This document shows positions 29,830 through 40,706 of a DNA stretch of 64,000 bases, in pieces (the first letter of the stretch is position 1; every line of letters begins with the position of its first letter). The notes beneath the pieces are model-generated. The model was not told where the DNA came from, searched no databases, and saw only the letters and a list, made by a program, of their open reading frames with translations. The DNA is from a virus. The stretch spans positions 8,165 through 72,164 of the IMG/VR virus record IMGVR_UViG_3300035670_000154, one strand, 5' to 3'. The position numbers and the translations under genes are program-made.

Positions 29830-30669
29830 ATGTTTTATTGTATAAATAAAAACACAAAACAAATTTACGCATTCGACACAGAGCTCGAGCGAGATAATAA
29901 AGTTAAGTCTGATCCTGATTTTGTTGTTTGCGATGCGAGACCAAGCTTATTCCACGAATGGTCAGGTAGTGCATGGGTTTATGATGCGAATTTAGAGATG
30001 TTAAGCACAAAGAGTGCTTCCGTTGATGTTCTAAAACAGCTTGATGCGATTTATCGCAAAAAAAAGGATGGCGCTTTTCCTGTTGATATGACGGCGATTA
30101 TAAACAGTCTAAATATACCGAATAATACCAATATTTTATTCCCAACAAGCCAGCCTTCTTTTAACATAACCAACACTCCAAAACCAGCCACTTGTCAAAA
30201 TCAAAAAATCGTTGGTTATTCAACAAGTAAAATAAAATACCCAACCCATGACCGTTGTGTGTTGTGGGTTCAAGATAGTCGAGATATCCAAAGCCTAGTT
30301 TCACTTGGGCATGTTTTAGCCGCCGATTGGGTTTCAAAAAATAGCAACTTGTCCATTTCTGATTATGTTCATTATCAGCAAATCGGCATTGCTGGTGTTC
30401 AGTACCGAGAAAATGAGATTAGAACGTTACAGCCCGATGGATATCCGATTGTTTTGGATAAACACTCGTTAAAAATGTGGATTCTTATTTTTGAAAAAAT
30501 AAATGAAAAAAAAGAACAATTGCATGGGCGATATTTGTTATTAAAGACTCAAATTCAAAACTGCACAACGATGTCTTCGCTTGAGTCTGTTGTTAAAAAT
30601 ATGAGCACTGGCTGGGTGGATGTTTTTAGTGACACAGAAACCCCCGCTGGCATGACGGTTATTAGATAA
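29830..30669 (+). CDS. putative tail fibre assembly chaperone
   Basis: RPS.FHEWSGSAWV and C-terminal LK.QI..C.T...L..V...W; follows the fibre gene. Confidence 0.6.
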   Translation: MFYCINKNTKQIYAFDTELERDNKVKSDPDFVVCDARPSLFHEWSGSAWVYDANLEMLSTKSASVDVLKQLDAIYRKKKDGAFPVDMTAIINSLNIPNNTNILFPTSQPSFNITNTPKPATCQNQKIVGYSTSKIKYPTHDRCVLWVQDSRDIQSLVSLGHVLAADWVSKNSNLSISDYVHYQQIGIAGVQYRENEIRTLQPDGYPIVLDKHSLKMWILIFEKINEKKEQLHGRYLLLKTQIQNCTTMSSLESVVKNMSTGWVDVFSDTETPAGMTVIR

Positions 30670-30684
30670 AAAAGAGGTACGACA

Positions 30685-31389
30685 ATGTCAAAAATTACTT
30701 TGCCAAGAGCCACGTGGCTTTGCGTAAATCCTGGGGCTGCTTATGCGTCAGGTGTTGAAATAACGATCAATGTAGGAAAAACAACTGCAAACTTACGCTA
30801 CGAATTTAAAGATAGCGATACGACTGCCCCCACATCTATTAATGACATTTCAGAGCCAGTTCAATCACTTTCAGTTAAAGCCGTTGATGGAAAAGGCTTT
30901 TTATGGCTAATTTCTCAAAGCGTTGATGTTGATGTTCAGATTGAGACAATAACCCCTGCAACGTCTGTTGTGTCAGTTCCGTCTAATTTGGCAAAAGAAA
31001 CGAAACAAGATGATCAAATTACAGAGCTGCAATTATCTAACGAACTAGCTTATCGAGAGGCTACTAAAACGTATACGACACTTAAAACTTGGGCGCAGTA
31101 CAAGGTAGTTGATATTACAGGCTGGTCTGTTGGTGTTGTTGTTGGTGATTTTGTTTATAAAGAAATCGACAAAATAACAAACTCGCTTCAATGGATAAAA
31201 TCAGACGGAGTAACGACGATATCCGCACCTCCAAACGAGGATGTGAATGTTGATCAGCTAACTGGTGATCGCGAGATTAGCGTAGTTTATTCATCGGTGT
31301 TTGGAGCCGTTTCAAAAACCCGAACTCCGACTATTAAAAATGGAATTTACAATTTTGGAACTGTTGAAACAGAAGGTGAATGGGTATGA
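30685..31389 (+). CDS. virion structural/adaptor protein
   Basis: strong RBS; lies in the fibre module. Confidence 0.5.
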   Translation: MSKITLPRATWLCVNPGAAYASGVEITINVGKTTANLRYEFKDSDTTAPTSINDISEPVQSLSVKAVDGKGFLWLISQSVDVDVQIETITPATSVVSVPSNLAKETKQDDQITELQLSNELAYREATKTYTTLKTWAQYKVVDITGWSVGVVVGDFVYKEIDKITNSLQWIKSDGVTTISAPPNEDVNVDQLTGDREISVVYSSVFGAVSKTRTPTIKNGIYNFGTVETEGEWV

Positions 31390-34300
31390 CAATAGATAAA
31401 GAAGCTAGGTCTAAAGCCGATGATGCATTAGTTGTTGCAAACAAAGCAAAAAAAGGTATTAAAGATAGGCAAGTAAAAAACATTTCAGTGGCATCTCAAT
31501 CTGCTATGCTTGCTTTAACAGATGTTTCGCCAGGGCAGATCGTTATAAGAGAAGATGACGGCTATTACAATTATCTATTAAAATCACTTCCGGCGTCAAA
31601 TTTATCAAATTGGCAGCCGATGGGGAAAGACGCTCCACCAATTGGCGAAACCGTTGAAGATATTATCACAACAAATGAAGTTATAACATCTAAGGCAGAC
31701 GGATTGTATGCTTTTACAGGAACACCAAACGGTGGGTTTCCTGCGGGCGTTACGCAAGGCGATATTGCACAAAAAACAGGAAGCGTATGGACTGTTGTTT
31801 ATACATTTATTAATGCTCCTGCAAGCATTTATGCAAAAAGTGATGGGCAAACATACGACAAAAAAGTTAATAGTAGCAATGTAAATAATTGGGTTGCAAA
31901 ACCAAAGCCAGCATATTATGAAATTGGTTCTAATAAAGAATTTCCTATAATTAACAATTCCTTTGCACAGTTTATAACGGACGTAGTATCTGTTGGCGTA
32001 GGTCAGCTGTATGATTCTGAATTTAATCAGCGTGTTATATTTCCTGCAAACGCACAAAACTTTTTACTAAAAGGGGAGGGGTACGTAACTCGTAATAACA
32101 ATATAGTTAATAATATTGAAATATTAGGGCATAGATTTACACTTCAAAAATGCCAACCAACTTGTGATGTTTCGTTGGCAAATGTTTCAAAAACTGTTAC
32201 GACAACATTAAATTCCAAAACGATTGTAATAACTGGGGCTGGGCAAACAACATCAGGGCTTGTGAAATATCAAAAAATCACAGGTACAGGAATACCAGCA
32301 ATGTCTTATATTGACACAATTATTGACTCCACTACTTTTACAATTAGCCAAAATGCTACTGCTAACGGCACAAACATAACAACAACTATTCAACCAAAAG
32401 CACCCGTTGTTATTGATTCAAGTGGTACAATTACCGAAGCTGGACAACCAAATATAAAAAGAGGTAAGCATTGTTTTGACGATATTAGTTTTTCAACGCC
32501 AGGTGCTTCTGCTCTTGACATTTTTGATATTGGGCATTTTGCAGATTTTAGAAATTGTAATTTTGCTAACAAAGAAATCAATTTATATACAACATCAACA
32601 ACACCGGTGTATATAACTTTTACAAATTGTCAAGCAGGTGTTATTAATATATATTCTCCGTTTATTGTTGTTACAAAAGCATATTCGCCGTCTGTTGTTT
32701 TTCAAACTATAATTAGCCAAACTGGAATTGTTGATTTTGATAAAGCAACGCCAGTGGCATATAGCCTACTAAGACAATATTCTTTGGGACAAACAGTAAG
32801 AGTTCCGCTTGGTGCAATGATAATCAACGATGATGTTGGTGGCACTTTACAAACACTAAAATGCACAACTGCTTATACAATTCCTGTGACAATAAATACT
32901 GGAACGCCAATTGATTTAACAAAATATCAAACAGGTGGTGGTGGTGGCTCATTAACAATTACATATCAAGCAAATAGTACCACATTTCCTGCTAACCCAC
33001 GAACAGGCGATAAAGTGTATGTTACAAGCGACGGAACAAGTGCTGGCATTATTGAAGAGCAGTGGGAATACAATGGCACGGATTGGATTTTAATTGAAGG
33101 TGTTTATCCCGTGTCAGGTGCAGTCGTTGACAATACAATTGGAGACAGTGCGTTGATAACAACGCCCGGAAGATACATTGTGCCTGCAACTGGTTTATTA
33201 AATGAATTTGTTGGTCAAGCTAATAAATATGCTGATTATGACGGTTCAATTTTTAGCTTTATTGCACCAACAAATAATGATACAGTTCAAATCAACTCTG
33301 GGCAAAATGTTGGTACAGTTTGGAAATTTACAACCGCTGGTGGGTGGGCAAAAGTAACATCAACGGCAACAACTGTGTTGGGTGCTTTAAAAACACCTCT
33401 TTTTGGAAATTTGATTGCAAATTATGCGGAGGATAACAAAGGTCTTACCCATGCACTTGATGTTGCAATACAAAATAAAGTTATTCAGCAATTAAAAAAC
33501 GGAACTATTTTTGATTTAACGCCTGGTGGTGTGCAAGGTCAGGCAATGGGAATTAGTGTAAATTGGTTTGGTCGCACAATATACAAGTTTGCAGATAATA
33601 CCAATGCTTTTCCAAATGCAAATTACAACGCTTTAATTGTTAATGTACCAGCTGGGGTAAGGTCTGTTTTTTTACAAGTTAACAACGATGTTAATGGTGG
33701 TCATCTTTGTGTGCGTGCTGATTATCTTGACGCAAATAACGCACAAGAAGAACACTTAGGTTATTTTGTTCAACAAAAAGACAAACAGCAATTTGTAAGA
33801 CCGTTTGCCAATAATTTTAGAAATAATGCAGGATTTCATACTTGGTTAATGATACCTGTGCATAAAGCAGGGAAGTTGGCGATTAGTTTGGCAACCGTGC
33901 TTTCACAAGCTGATTTATGGGTAGGAGCAATTGCATTTTCAGACAATGCTCATAATTTTATGTACGAGCCTGCATTAAGCTACCACTGGGTCGTTAATAA
34001 GCAAAATGATTTAACTACAAGTGCACAATTTGGGGGAAATAACAATATTATTTGGTATAATGCTAACCCTTGGACAGACGGGGCTAATATTGTCAGAGCT
34101 ACATTGCAATTCCCAATAGCACAAAGAGCTTGGGCAAGAGTTCGCGTTGTAAAACCTTCTGACGGTCAAGACATTATTTTACATTACACTTCTTGGGATA
34201 AGTCTTCTGCTTTACCCGAAGTTTGGCGTATAAGAAAAAGAGACGGAACTTATGTAACTGTTGCGAGCGGTAGTCAAGCATCTCCTAACTTTGATGTGCA

Positions 34301-34781
34301 ATCAAGTTTATGGACTCATCAACTTGCGAGTGTGTCTGCATCAATTTCAACATACATTCAAAGTTATCATTTAAAAATACCTTTTGCAATTTGGAAAGAT
34401 TGCATTCAGGTACCAACAATTGACTCACCAAAGCTTGACTTTCTCAATCAAGGAGCAAATTTGACAATTACAAATGCACAAGCAAATGCAAACCAATGTT
34501 TTCACATTTCATTTACAGCCACAGGAAGAGCGGTAACTATTCAAGCCCCAACAAATGCAACAAGGTTTTATACAGTATATAACAGAGGTGCGAATGCTTT
34601 TACTTTTGCTGGAATAAATATACCCGCAAACAGTTTTGTGAATTTGTTATATAACTCAACCACTGCAACATGGAGTGTGCCAACCCAGCAAGAATGTTTC
34701 CTTGATTTTGAGTTTTGGTCTTATGCGGTTGGGGATAGGTATTTTTTACACATAGCAACATCATCATCATCAATTTTTTAA
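31386..34781 (+). CDS. large second fibre/receptor-binding protein
   Basis: about 1130 aa, Thr/Gly/Asn-rich; SQSAMLAL..GQI.IRED..Y.L....S.LSNW; ITGTGIP repeat; FP.NP..GD repeat. Confidence 0.7.
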   Translation: MTIDKEARSKADDALVVANKAKKGIKDRQVKNISVASQSAMLALTDVSPGQIVIREDDGYYNYLLKSLPASNLSNWQPMGKDAPPIGETVEDIITTNEVITSKADGLYAFTGTPNGGFPAGVTQGDIAQKTGSVWTVVYTFINAPASIYAKSDGQTYDKKVNSSNVNNWVAKPKPAYYEIGSNKEFPIINNSFAQFITDVVSVGVGQLYDSEFNQRVIFPANAQNFLLKGEGYVTRNNNIVNNIEILGHRFTLQKCQPTCDVSLANVSKTVTTTLNSKTIVITGAGQTTSGLVKYQKITGTGIPAMSYIDTIIDSTTFTISQNATANGTNITTTIQPKAPVVIDSSGTITEAGQPNIKRGKHCFDDISFSTPGASALDIFDIGHFADFRNCNFANKEINLYTTSTTPVYITFTNCQAGVINIYSPFIVVTKAYSPSVVFQTIISQTGIVDFDKATPVAYSLLRQYSLGQTVRVPLGAMIINDDVGGTLQTLKCTTAYTIPVTINTGTPIDLTKYQTGGGGGSLTITYQANSTTFPANPRTGDKVYVTSDGTSAGIIEEQWEYNGTDWILIEGVYPVSGAVVDNTIGDSALITTPGRYIVPATGLLNEFVGQANKYADYDGSIFSFIAPTNNDTVQINSGQNVGTVWKFTTAGGWAKVTSTATTVLGALKTPLFGNLIANYAEDNKGLTHALDVAIQNKVIQQLKNGTIFDLTPGGVQGQAMGISVNWFGRTIYKFADNTNAFPNANYNALIVNVPAGVRSVFLQVNNDVNGGHLCVRADYLDANNAQEEHLGYFVQQKDKQQFVRPFANNFRNNAGFHTWLMIPVHKAGKLAISLATVLSQADLWVGAIAFSDNAHNFMYEPALSYHWVVNKQNDLTTSAQFGGNNNIIWYNANPWTDGANIVRATLQFPIAQRAWARVRVVKPSDGQDIILHYTSWDKSSALPEVWRIRKRDGTYVTVASGSQASPNFDVQSSLWTHQLASVSASISTYIQSYHLKIPFAIWKDCIQVPTIDSPKLDFLNQGANLTITNAQANANQCFHISFTATGRAVTIQAPTNATRFYTVYNRGANAFTFAGINIPANSFVNLLYNSTTATWSVPTQQECFLDFEFWSYAVGDRYFLHIATSSSSIF

Positions 34782-34787
34782 TGCTTT

Positions 34788-35771
34788 ATGAAAATATATT
34801 TTAAAAACAATTGGGAACTTATTTTTGCGTTTTCAAAGCCAAAGGAGTGCATTGAGGTTGATTATAATTATTCCCGCTACGGCTCACATACTGATGATTT
34901 TATGCCAGATAGTGGCAAAACAACAAATTTAATTTTGATAAATGGCAAATTGTGTGTTGTATTTGCAAATGAAGTTTTGGATAACACTACCAAAGAAATA
35001 CTTTCGCAAGCGCTTCAAGAAAATGAATGTCAAGCAGTGCAATCAACAGAAATTCACTTGACTGAAAATTATTTGCCTGATTATGCAGAAGACATTACAC
35101 AATTGCCAGAATATACTGACGGCAGAACTGCTGGAATTTATAACAGAGATGGAAGGGTTTTTGAAATTATTGCAAATGCAGAAGTTTATGTAAACCTTGA
35201 ATTTAATTATGATATTGCAAACGAAATTCAACAAAAGCGTGAGCAATTAAAAAAGGATTTTGAAAATAATAAAGTGTATGTTATTGAAAATGGTGTGACA
35301 ATGACAATTGACAATAATTCCAAAGCTCCAAATGGAGAAACCAGCAAACAAATTTTTGATAAATTATTAGAAGAAGCGTTAAATGTTAAACCTGCTACAA
35401 ATGATTTATCTGTAAAAATATATCAACAAAAACAAGGAGTAAGTATTTACAGACTTTCGGCAATTAACACGATTTTAAGACAAATAAACGAAGATTTGTT
35501 TCATATTGTTCAAAATGATGTTAAGTTTTCAATTCGTCAAGTCAATAAGTGTCGTTATGATGAGATTGACAATAAATTAAGTAAAGCGAAAACACTTGCA
35601 GAATTGGAAAGTATTACTTGGTCTTTTATTCCATTTCCAAAAATTAAAGTTGATGAAATGGCAGTTGCATTACTTGCAAACCCAGAAATTAGTGAAATTG
35701 TAAAAGACAAAATAAGAGAAAGGGAATTTCCTGTTGGAAGTGGGCATTTTAAATTAATTGAAAAATTGTGA
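34788..35771 (+). CDS. putative fibre chaperone
   Basis: follows the large fibre; AKTLAELESITW motif. Confidence 0.5.
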   Translation: MKIYFKNNWELIFAFSKPKECIEVDYNYSRYGSHTDDFMPDSGKTTNLILINGKLCVVFANEVLDNTTKEILSQALQENECQAVQSTEIHLTENYLPDYAEDITQLPEYTDGRTAGIYNRDGRVFEIIANAEVYVNLEFNYDIANEIQQKREQLKKDFENNKVYVIENGVTMTIDNNSKAPNGETSKQIFDKLLEEALNVKPATNDLSVKIYQQKQGVSIYRLSAINTILRQINEDLFHIVQNDVKFSIRQVNKCRYDEIDNKLSKAKTLAELESITWSFIPFPKIKVDEMAVALLANPEISEIVKDKIREREFPVGSGHFKLIEKL

Positions 35772-35880
35772 AAAACATTATTTTACAAGCAATTTTACTT
35801 GTTGCACCACCGTTAATAGAAGAACGTAGAGGGCAAGATGGTTTTATTCGTTTGTTTTATAGTTATTAAATAAGGAAAAT

Positions 35881-36363
35881 ATGAAAAAAATACTAGCAAT
35901 TTTAGCGATTTTAGCTTTTTCACAAGCAAAGGCTGATCAATCAAATCCGGTTATTTATGGTATTGGTGTTGAAACCACATATATCGAAGGTGTACAATTT
36001 AATAAGTGTGAACGTTTGCGTGTTGGTGCCATGACGAATGGTTGGACATTATCAACAACATACGTACCTTTTAATAACGAATGTGAAGGTATTAAGAATG
36101 GTTATAAATTTAAATCTGATCAGAAGTCTATTACTTTAGGTAGGATGCTTTATCAATCTTGCGGCGGTAGGTTTTGCAAACAAGCGGGTTTTAGCGTTAG
36201 TGATGTTAGAGATAAGCCACTTAACGATCACTTCACTCAATGGCATGTAGTAGGAAGTGCATTGGATACAAGAACAGGTTTAGCTGTGTTTGTTTCTCTT
36301 GGGGAAAAGCAAGGTGCTTTTACTAGCACATTAGGCGTTTATTACACATTTGGAGATAAATAA
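35881..36363 (+). CDS. exported protein, possibly a small outer-membrane beta-barrel
   Basis: signal peptide MKKILAILAILAFSQAKA; alternating beta pattern; C-terminal TLGVYYTF. Confidence 0.5.
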   Translation: MKKILAILAILAFSQAKADQSNPVIYGIGVETTYIEGVQFNKCERLRVGAMTNGWTLSTTYVPFNNECEGIKNGYKFKSDQKSITLGRMLYQSCGGRFCKQAGFSVSDVRDKPLNDHFTQWHVVGSALDTRTGLAVFVSLGEKQGAFTSTLGVYYTFGDK

Positions 36364-36367
36364 TATT

Positions 36368-36691
36368 ATGAAAAAAATAATGATTAGCCAACCGATGCGT
36401 GGTTTAACAGAATTTCAAATTCTTGAAGCAAAAAATAAGTTTTTAGAATTTGCGAAAAAAGAAGGATTAGAAGCGGTAAACAGCTATTTTAATGATGAAT
36501 GGAATTCAAAAGAATCCATGTCTAAAAGAGGGGTTGTTAATATTCCTATGTGTTTTCTAGCAAAATCAATTGAAATGATGAGCCTTTGTGATAAGGTTTA
36601 TTTTGCAAAAGGGTGGGAAAATGCCAGAGGGTGTAAGATTGAACATGAGGTAGCGATAGCCTATGGAATGGAAATTATTTACGATGCATAA
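36368..36691 (+). CDS. DUF4406-like protein
   Basis: KIMISQPMRG..LAKSIEMMS.CD.VYFAKGWENARGCKIEH..A..YG. Confidence 0.8.
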   Translation: MKKIMISQPMRGLTEFQILEAKNKFLEFAKKEGLEAVNSYFNDEWNSKESMSKRGVVNIPMCFLAKSIEMMSLCDKVYFAKGWENARGCKIEHEVAIAYGMEIIYDA

Positions 36692-37211
36692 CGTGCTAAA
36701 ACCAGGCGATTTTGTATTTTTTTGGCATAAGCCTTGGTACATGCTTTTTGGGCGCGCAATTCAGTGGATAACCGACGGTGCGGCACACGTTGCTGTTGTG
36801 CATCGCGTCGAAGGTGATACGATTTATTTGGCGGAATCTAAGGTGGTTGGTGGGGTTCAAATAAACCACTACACGCGATCTTATTTTTCAAATAAGAAAA
36901 AGATTGATTTTCTGGTTATGCGCCCGCCTGCCAAATTCAAATATGACGAAGCAAAAACAAACAAGCTAATTGCCTTCAAATCAGCAAAAGAACGCGATTA
37001 CGGTTTTATGAATATGCTGCGTGAAGTTGAGTTTGTTGACCGACTGTTTAGGCTTTTCGGAATTAAGAGAAGCCGTGAGCAGTATTGCTCTACTTTTGCA
37101 GACGAGATTGGTGAGGTGCAGGGATTTTACGATCCAGACAATATCTATCGTTCGCCAAAAGAGCTTTATGACAAATTAATCGCGCTGGGGTGGGAATGCG
37201 TAAGTATTTAA
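36684..37211 (+). CDS. permuted papain-like (YaeF/YiiX, NlpC/P60) amidase
   Basis: LKPGD..F, I.W.T..AHVA, AES..GV, Y, YCS, SP..L; His precedes Cys. Confidence 0.75.
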   Translation: MHNVLKPGDFVFFWHKPWYMLFGRAIQWITDGAAHVAVVHRVEGDTIYLAESKVVGGVQINHYTRSYFSNKKKIDFLVMRPPAKFKYDEAKTNKLIAFKSAKERDYGFMNMLREVEFVDRLFRLFGIKRSREQYCSTFADEIGEVQGFYDPDNIYRSPKELYDKLIALGWECVSI

Positions 37212-37555
37212 AAGGATTGTGCAATAAGCATATTTTTGCATCTAATTTTATTTTAGGCTTGGTTGGTTTGATCGTAATTCCGTTCGCAATGCCATTGCAT
37301 GATGTTGTCGAGGCAGCGGTTTACTTTATAACTCGAATCGTTGTTATGGGCGCATACATGAAATTTGTGATGGGGTTAAAACAAAAAGCCGCCTTGTGTG
37401 AGTCTTTTTGGTTTTCGATAGTTGTTTTTGGGGTTGGTTTCATAACCGTAGCTTTCGTGAACACTATTACTAATAACTTTGTCGTTGCGACTTGCATTTA
37501 CACGTTTTTGAGAATAGCCTCTTACCCGTTGTGGGCTGGTAGAGAGTTTAGATAA
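37196..37555 (+). CDS. multi-pass membrane protein
   Basis: about four hydrophobic segments. Confidence 0.6.
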   Translation: MRKYLKGLCNKHIFASNFILGLVGLIVIPFAMPLHDVVEAAVYFITRIVVMGAYMKFVMGLKQKAALCESFWFSIVVFGVGFITVAFVNTITNNFVVATCIYTFLRIASYPLWAGREFR

Positions 37556-37558
37556 CTT

Positions 37559-37966
37559 ATGTTTTTGGGGTGGATAGTGGCAGGCTTAACAACAACCGTA
37601 ATAGCAAGCTCGTCTGCGGGGATTTTTGGGATTGCTTTTTTAGCACCAAATAGCCCGTGGTTTTTTGTGCCTGTGTGTATTGTTTGTGCAATCATTGGAA
37701 CACTTTTGCATGAGTCAAAAGAAAAGCTAACTATTGGAGAAACGCTTAAGAAGGCGACTATTAGAGCTATTTTTGGGGCACTTATTGGTGCTTGTGCTAC
37801 CCAATACGATTGGGTTGGATCACACTTTTCTAACGGAGAATTTATTGTTGGAGCTTTTTTTTCATTTACAATTTCTTTATACGGGAAAAAGATGTGGGAA
37901 GCCGTTGAGCAAAAGATTTTACCTAGTATTTTTGTGTTTATAAAAAATTGGTTGGAGAGAAAATAA
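37559..37966 (+). CDS. putative holin
   Basis: three to four transmembrane segments and basic C-terminus; end of the late operon. Confidence 0.45.
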   Translation: MFLGWIVAGLTTTVIASSSAGIFGIAFLAPNSPWFFVPVCIVCAIIGTLLHESKEKLTIGETLKKATIRAIFGALIGACATQYDWVGSHFSNGEFIVGAFFSFTISLYGKKMWEAVEQKILPSIFVFIKNWLERK

Positions 37967-38319
37967 TGCTTAGCTTGCTTGTCATGATACCTTTTATTCA
38001 CTCAGTGATCGCCTTGGTGACGCACTCTCACATGACAAAGCGACAAGTTCGATTCAACCCGCGTTTGACATACGAGCTTGTGTCCATTTCATGGTTATTC
38101 ATCGTGCTCACAGGCGCTTATTTTAGAGCTGATCATGCGCTAATAAACACAATATTGCTTGTGTTCGTATTTTGGTTTATTAGAACCAAACAGCATAAAA
38201 TAATGTGGGGGGGAATCAAAGAGTTTGTAACGTGGGCGGGAAAGTTTAAAGCAGTTTTTGGCTGCTTCATTCTATGCTCAATCCCACGTATTGCCGATGC
38301 TATCAGGGTTTTGGTTTAA
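37966..38319 (+). CDS. membrane protein (holin/antiholin candidate)
   Basis: several hydrophobic segments; TAATG coupling. Confidence 0.5.
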   Translation: MLSLLVMIPFIHSVIALVTHSHMTKRQVRFNPRLTYELVSISWLFIVLTGAYFRADHALINTILLVFVFWFIRTKQHKIMWGGIKEFVTWAGKFKAVFGCFILCSIPRIADAIRVLV

Positions 38320-38630
38320 CTTTCAACTGGAACCCATTTTTCTACAATTTCAGTGAATTGTTTTTTCTCAACGCGAGTCAATACTTCTACCAAATCAATA
38401 CCAGTATCCTCATCGCTCATAACAAATTGTTCTGTTTCCCAAAACCCGTGAAGATGTGGCTTTTCTGGTAAGTTTTCATCGTCTGCAACAACAACAGTTT
38501 TAACGAAAAAGCTGCCTCCTCTCCTATGATCTTTTTGAGACAAACAACATTCTTGTTCACGAAGCATATCAAATTCTTCATCCGTTAAGTTTCCATCACC
38601 TTTTCTAATTACATTGACTTGATTACTCAT
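38316..38630 (-). CDS. acidic hypothetical protein
   Basis: GAGG RBS; 104 aa. Confidence 0.65.
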   Translation of the reverse strand: MSNQVNVIRKGDGNLTDEEFDMLREQECCLSQKDHRRGGSFFVKTVVVADDENLPEKPHLHGFWETEQFVMSDEDTGIDLVEVLTRVEKKQFTEIVEKWVPVES

Positions 38631-38918
38631 TTTTTACCTCATTAAAAAAATACCTATGAATGGCATAGATTACCAATTATGGTTTTTGTTTAATTTATAA
38701 CTTTACAACTTTTGTAAAAGACCTGATTTTATCAGTGTTTTTATCAATCCACAAATTTGCATCAACTACTGATTCAAAGCCAGTTTTTAAAATAGAAACA
38801 TTAAACGGCTCTCCACTTTTAAATTTATCAAATGTCAATACTATATACATATTTAAATCCTTTTTGACTCAAAATTAGGGTTTTTGTTTAACTCCTAATA
38901 AAAACACCAACTAGCCTT

Positions 38919-39368
38919 CTATTTAGCTTTCTGCTTTAACTCTTTTATCGCGTCTATTGTCGCATTAAGAATATCAGTATTTTTAGCCAAATCATTTTCT
39001 AATTTTTTCAGGTTGTCTTTAGCTTCTATTACAATATTTGAAAGGTAAGAAACATTTTTCTTATGAATATCAAGAAGAGCGTAAATTTTGGAGGTATGAA
39101 AAAAATATTCTTTATCCCAAAGGTTTTTATGCAAAGCCTCTTGAGGATTGTCTTCGTCATCGTTTATTTGTCTAATAAACTTAAAGCTATCTTCATTTGT
39201 TTTTGTAATCAAAAGACGACACTTCCATCCGTGATTGCAAGATTGATCTTCAACAATATACTGTTTTCCGTATTGCGTTTCATGAACCTCAACAACTAAA
39301 AACTCATGAATCCCGCCCAGTGGAACATATCTAAATAATTTGTCTTTTATTTTTAACGTCATAATCAT
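38919..39368 (-). CDS. hypothetical protein, paralog of 45864-46318
   Basis: shared LKI.DKL.RYV..GIHE..V.EVH.T..GKQY.VEDQ.C.H.W.C.LLI..FKFIRQINDDE. Confidence 0.8.
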   Translation of the reverse strand: MIMTLKIKDKLFRYVPLGGIHEFLVVEVHETQYGKQYIVEDQSCNHGWKCRLLITKTNEDSFKFIRQINDDEDNPQEALHKNLWDKEYFFHTSKIYALLDIHKKNVSYLSNIVIEAKDNLKKLENDLAKNTDILNATIDAIKELKQKAK

Positions 39369-39763
39369 ATCCTTAAAAAAACACCAACTAACTTACGTCC
39401 AATTCGTTTTCCGCTTTCCCCATTTACCATATCAAAACTGTGTAAAAAGTCGCTAACAAACTCTTTTTTAACAAATGATCCACTAGCGATTTCAATGTGT
39501 CCATGCATTCCGCCAGAGTACACTAAAATCGAATCGGCTGGCGCATCATACTGTCTTGGATATTTATCAATCATGTTTACCCAGCCCAATTTTGGTAGGC
39601 ATAACATCGCGTCAATTGCAGAGCCACCAGTTATTTTCGCGCGTTCAATACCATAACAAGCAACCATTGCATCTTTGACGTAAGCGTAGCATCGTCCAAT
39701 GCTTTTTGAATGATCGCGCTTCTCTGATAAAACACGGATTTTCGCCGTTTCAAATAAACTCAT
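39365..39763 (-). CDS. putative endolysin (CHAP/NlpC-P60-like Cys-His peptidoglycan hydrolase)
   Basis: GRCYAYVKDAM..G.A..ILVY..HGHIEI..VSDF. Confidence 0.65.
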   Translation of the reverse strand: MSLFETAKIRVLSEKRDHSKSIGRCYAYVKDAMVACYGIERAKITGGSAIDAMLCLPKLGWVNMIDKYPRQYDAPADSILVYSGGMHGHIEIASGSFVKKEFVSDFLHSFDMVNGESGKRIGRKLVGVFLRI

Positions 39764-40104
39764 TCTGCACTCCTTATTTTTTTCCATTCTGCAATAGGAT
39801 CGGCAAAGCTATTCCAACCTTCATGCTCTAGGGCGGCAATTGCGCTCATTGAGTCCATGATGGTTGATCCATCAAGAAACTCAAACGAAATCACTTCGCA
39901 TCCGTCTATCGGCATTGCGCCATGCTGATCGCTCAAATACCAATCTCCATAAACATTAATACGAATCATTTTGTTTAATGGCAGCTCTTTGTTTGATTTT
40001 AGAGTAATCATCTTTTCAGAAATGTATTCTTTAAACAATATCTCACAATCCGTTTTTGATGCCACAACTCCATCAATAAACCCTTCGCTTTCACAAAGTT
40101 TCAT
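39760..40104 (-). CDS. hypothetical protein
   Basis: AAGGAG RBS; its 3' end is duplicated at 40109-40193. Confidence 0.65.
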   Translation of the reverse strand: MKLCESEGFIDGVVASKTDCEILFKEYISEKMITLKSNKELPLNKMIRINVYGDWYLSDQHGAMPIDGCEVISFEFLDGSTIMDSMSAIAALEHEGWNSFADPIAEWKKIRSAE

Positions 40105-40193
40105 TCATCACTCCTTATTTTTTTCCATTCTGCAATAGGATCGGCAAAACTATTCCATCCTTCATGTTCTAGGGCTGCAATTGCGTTCATTGA
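39768..40193. repeat. 85-bp direct repeat (39768-39852 / 40109-40193)
   Basis: 5 mismatches by manual alignment. Confidence 0.95.
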
Positions 40194-40200
40194 TCAATCC

Positions 40201-40407
40201 TTATCTTTGTGGGCACGAAGAGAGTGGTTTCGATGCTCGTTCGCAAGCATCAATAACCATGTGTGTCCCGCCAACGTTATCAAAAGCTGCTGGCGGGGTG
40301 GATTTCATGCACTCTTGATAAAGTTTTGGATCAATCGCTGTTTCTGGTTCATCTATCGCACCAGAGCAACCAGCCAAAAACACAAGCAAAACAATTATTC
40401 TAATCAT
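40201..40407 (-). CDS. small lipoprotein
   Basis: lipobox LAGC. Confidence 0.7.
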   Translation of the reverse strand: MIRIIVLLVFLAGCSGAIDEPETAIDPKLYQECMKSTPPAAFDNVGGTHMVIDACERASKPLSSCPQR

Positions 40408-40603
40408 TTTTACCTCTCAAATATTTTTTATCAACGCTCATGTAGCTCGATTCTCCACCATTCGCAACTTTTGCGTATTCCATGATCATCGTATGAATCG
40501 CGTCTTCTTCGTTTAATAAAGTACCGTCATCACGTTTAACTAGTCTTTCAAAAAAACCATTTGGGAAATGGGATAAAATCATTCCAACGAAATCAATCTT
40601 CAC
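40400..40603 (-). CDS. hypothetical protein
   Basis: AGGAG RBS with GTG start. Confidence 0.55.
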   Translation of the reverse strand: MKIDFVGMILSHFPNGFFERLVKRDDGTLLNEEDAIHTMIMEYAKVANGGESSYMSVDKKYLRGKND

Positions 40604-40706
40604 TTTTCACTCCTAAAATATCATCACAAAAATCTTTAACCTCTATTATCAAGATCAACTAGTCTTTTTTGGTTTTTTATCAGCTTTTTAATTTTTAAAA
40701 CAAGGT

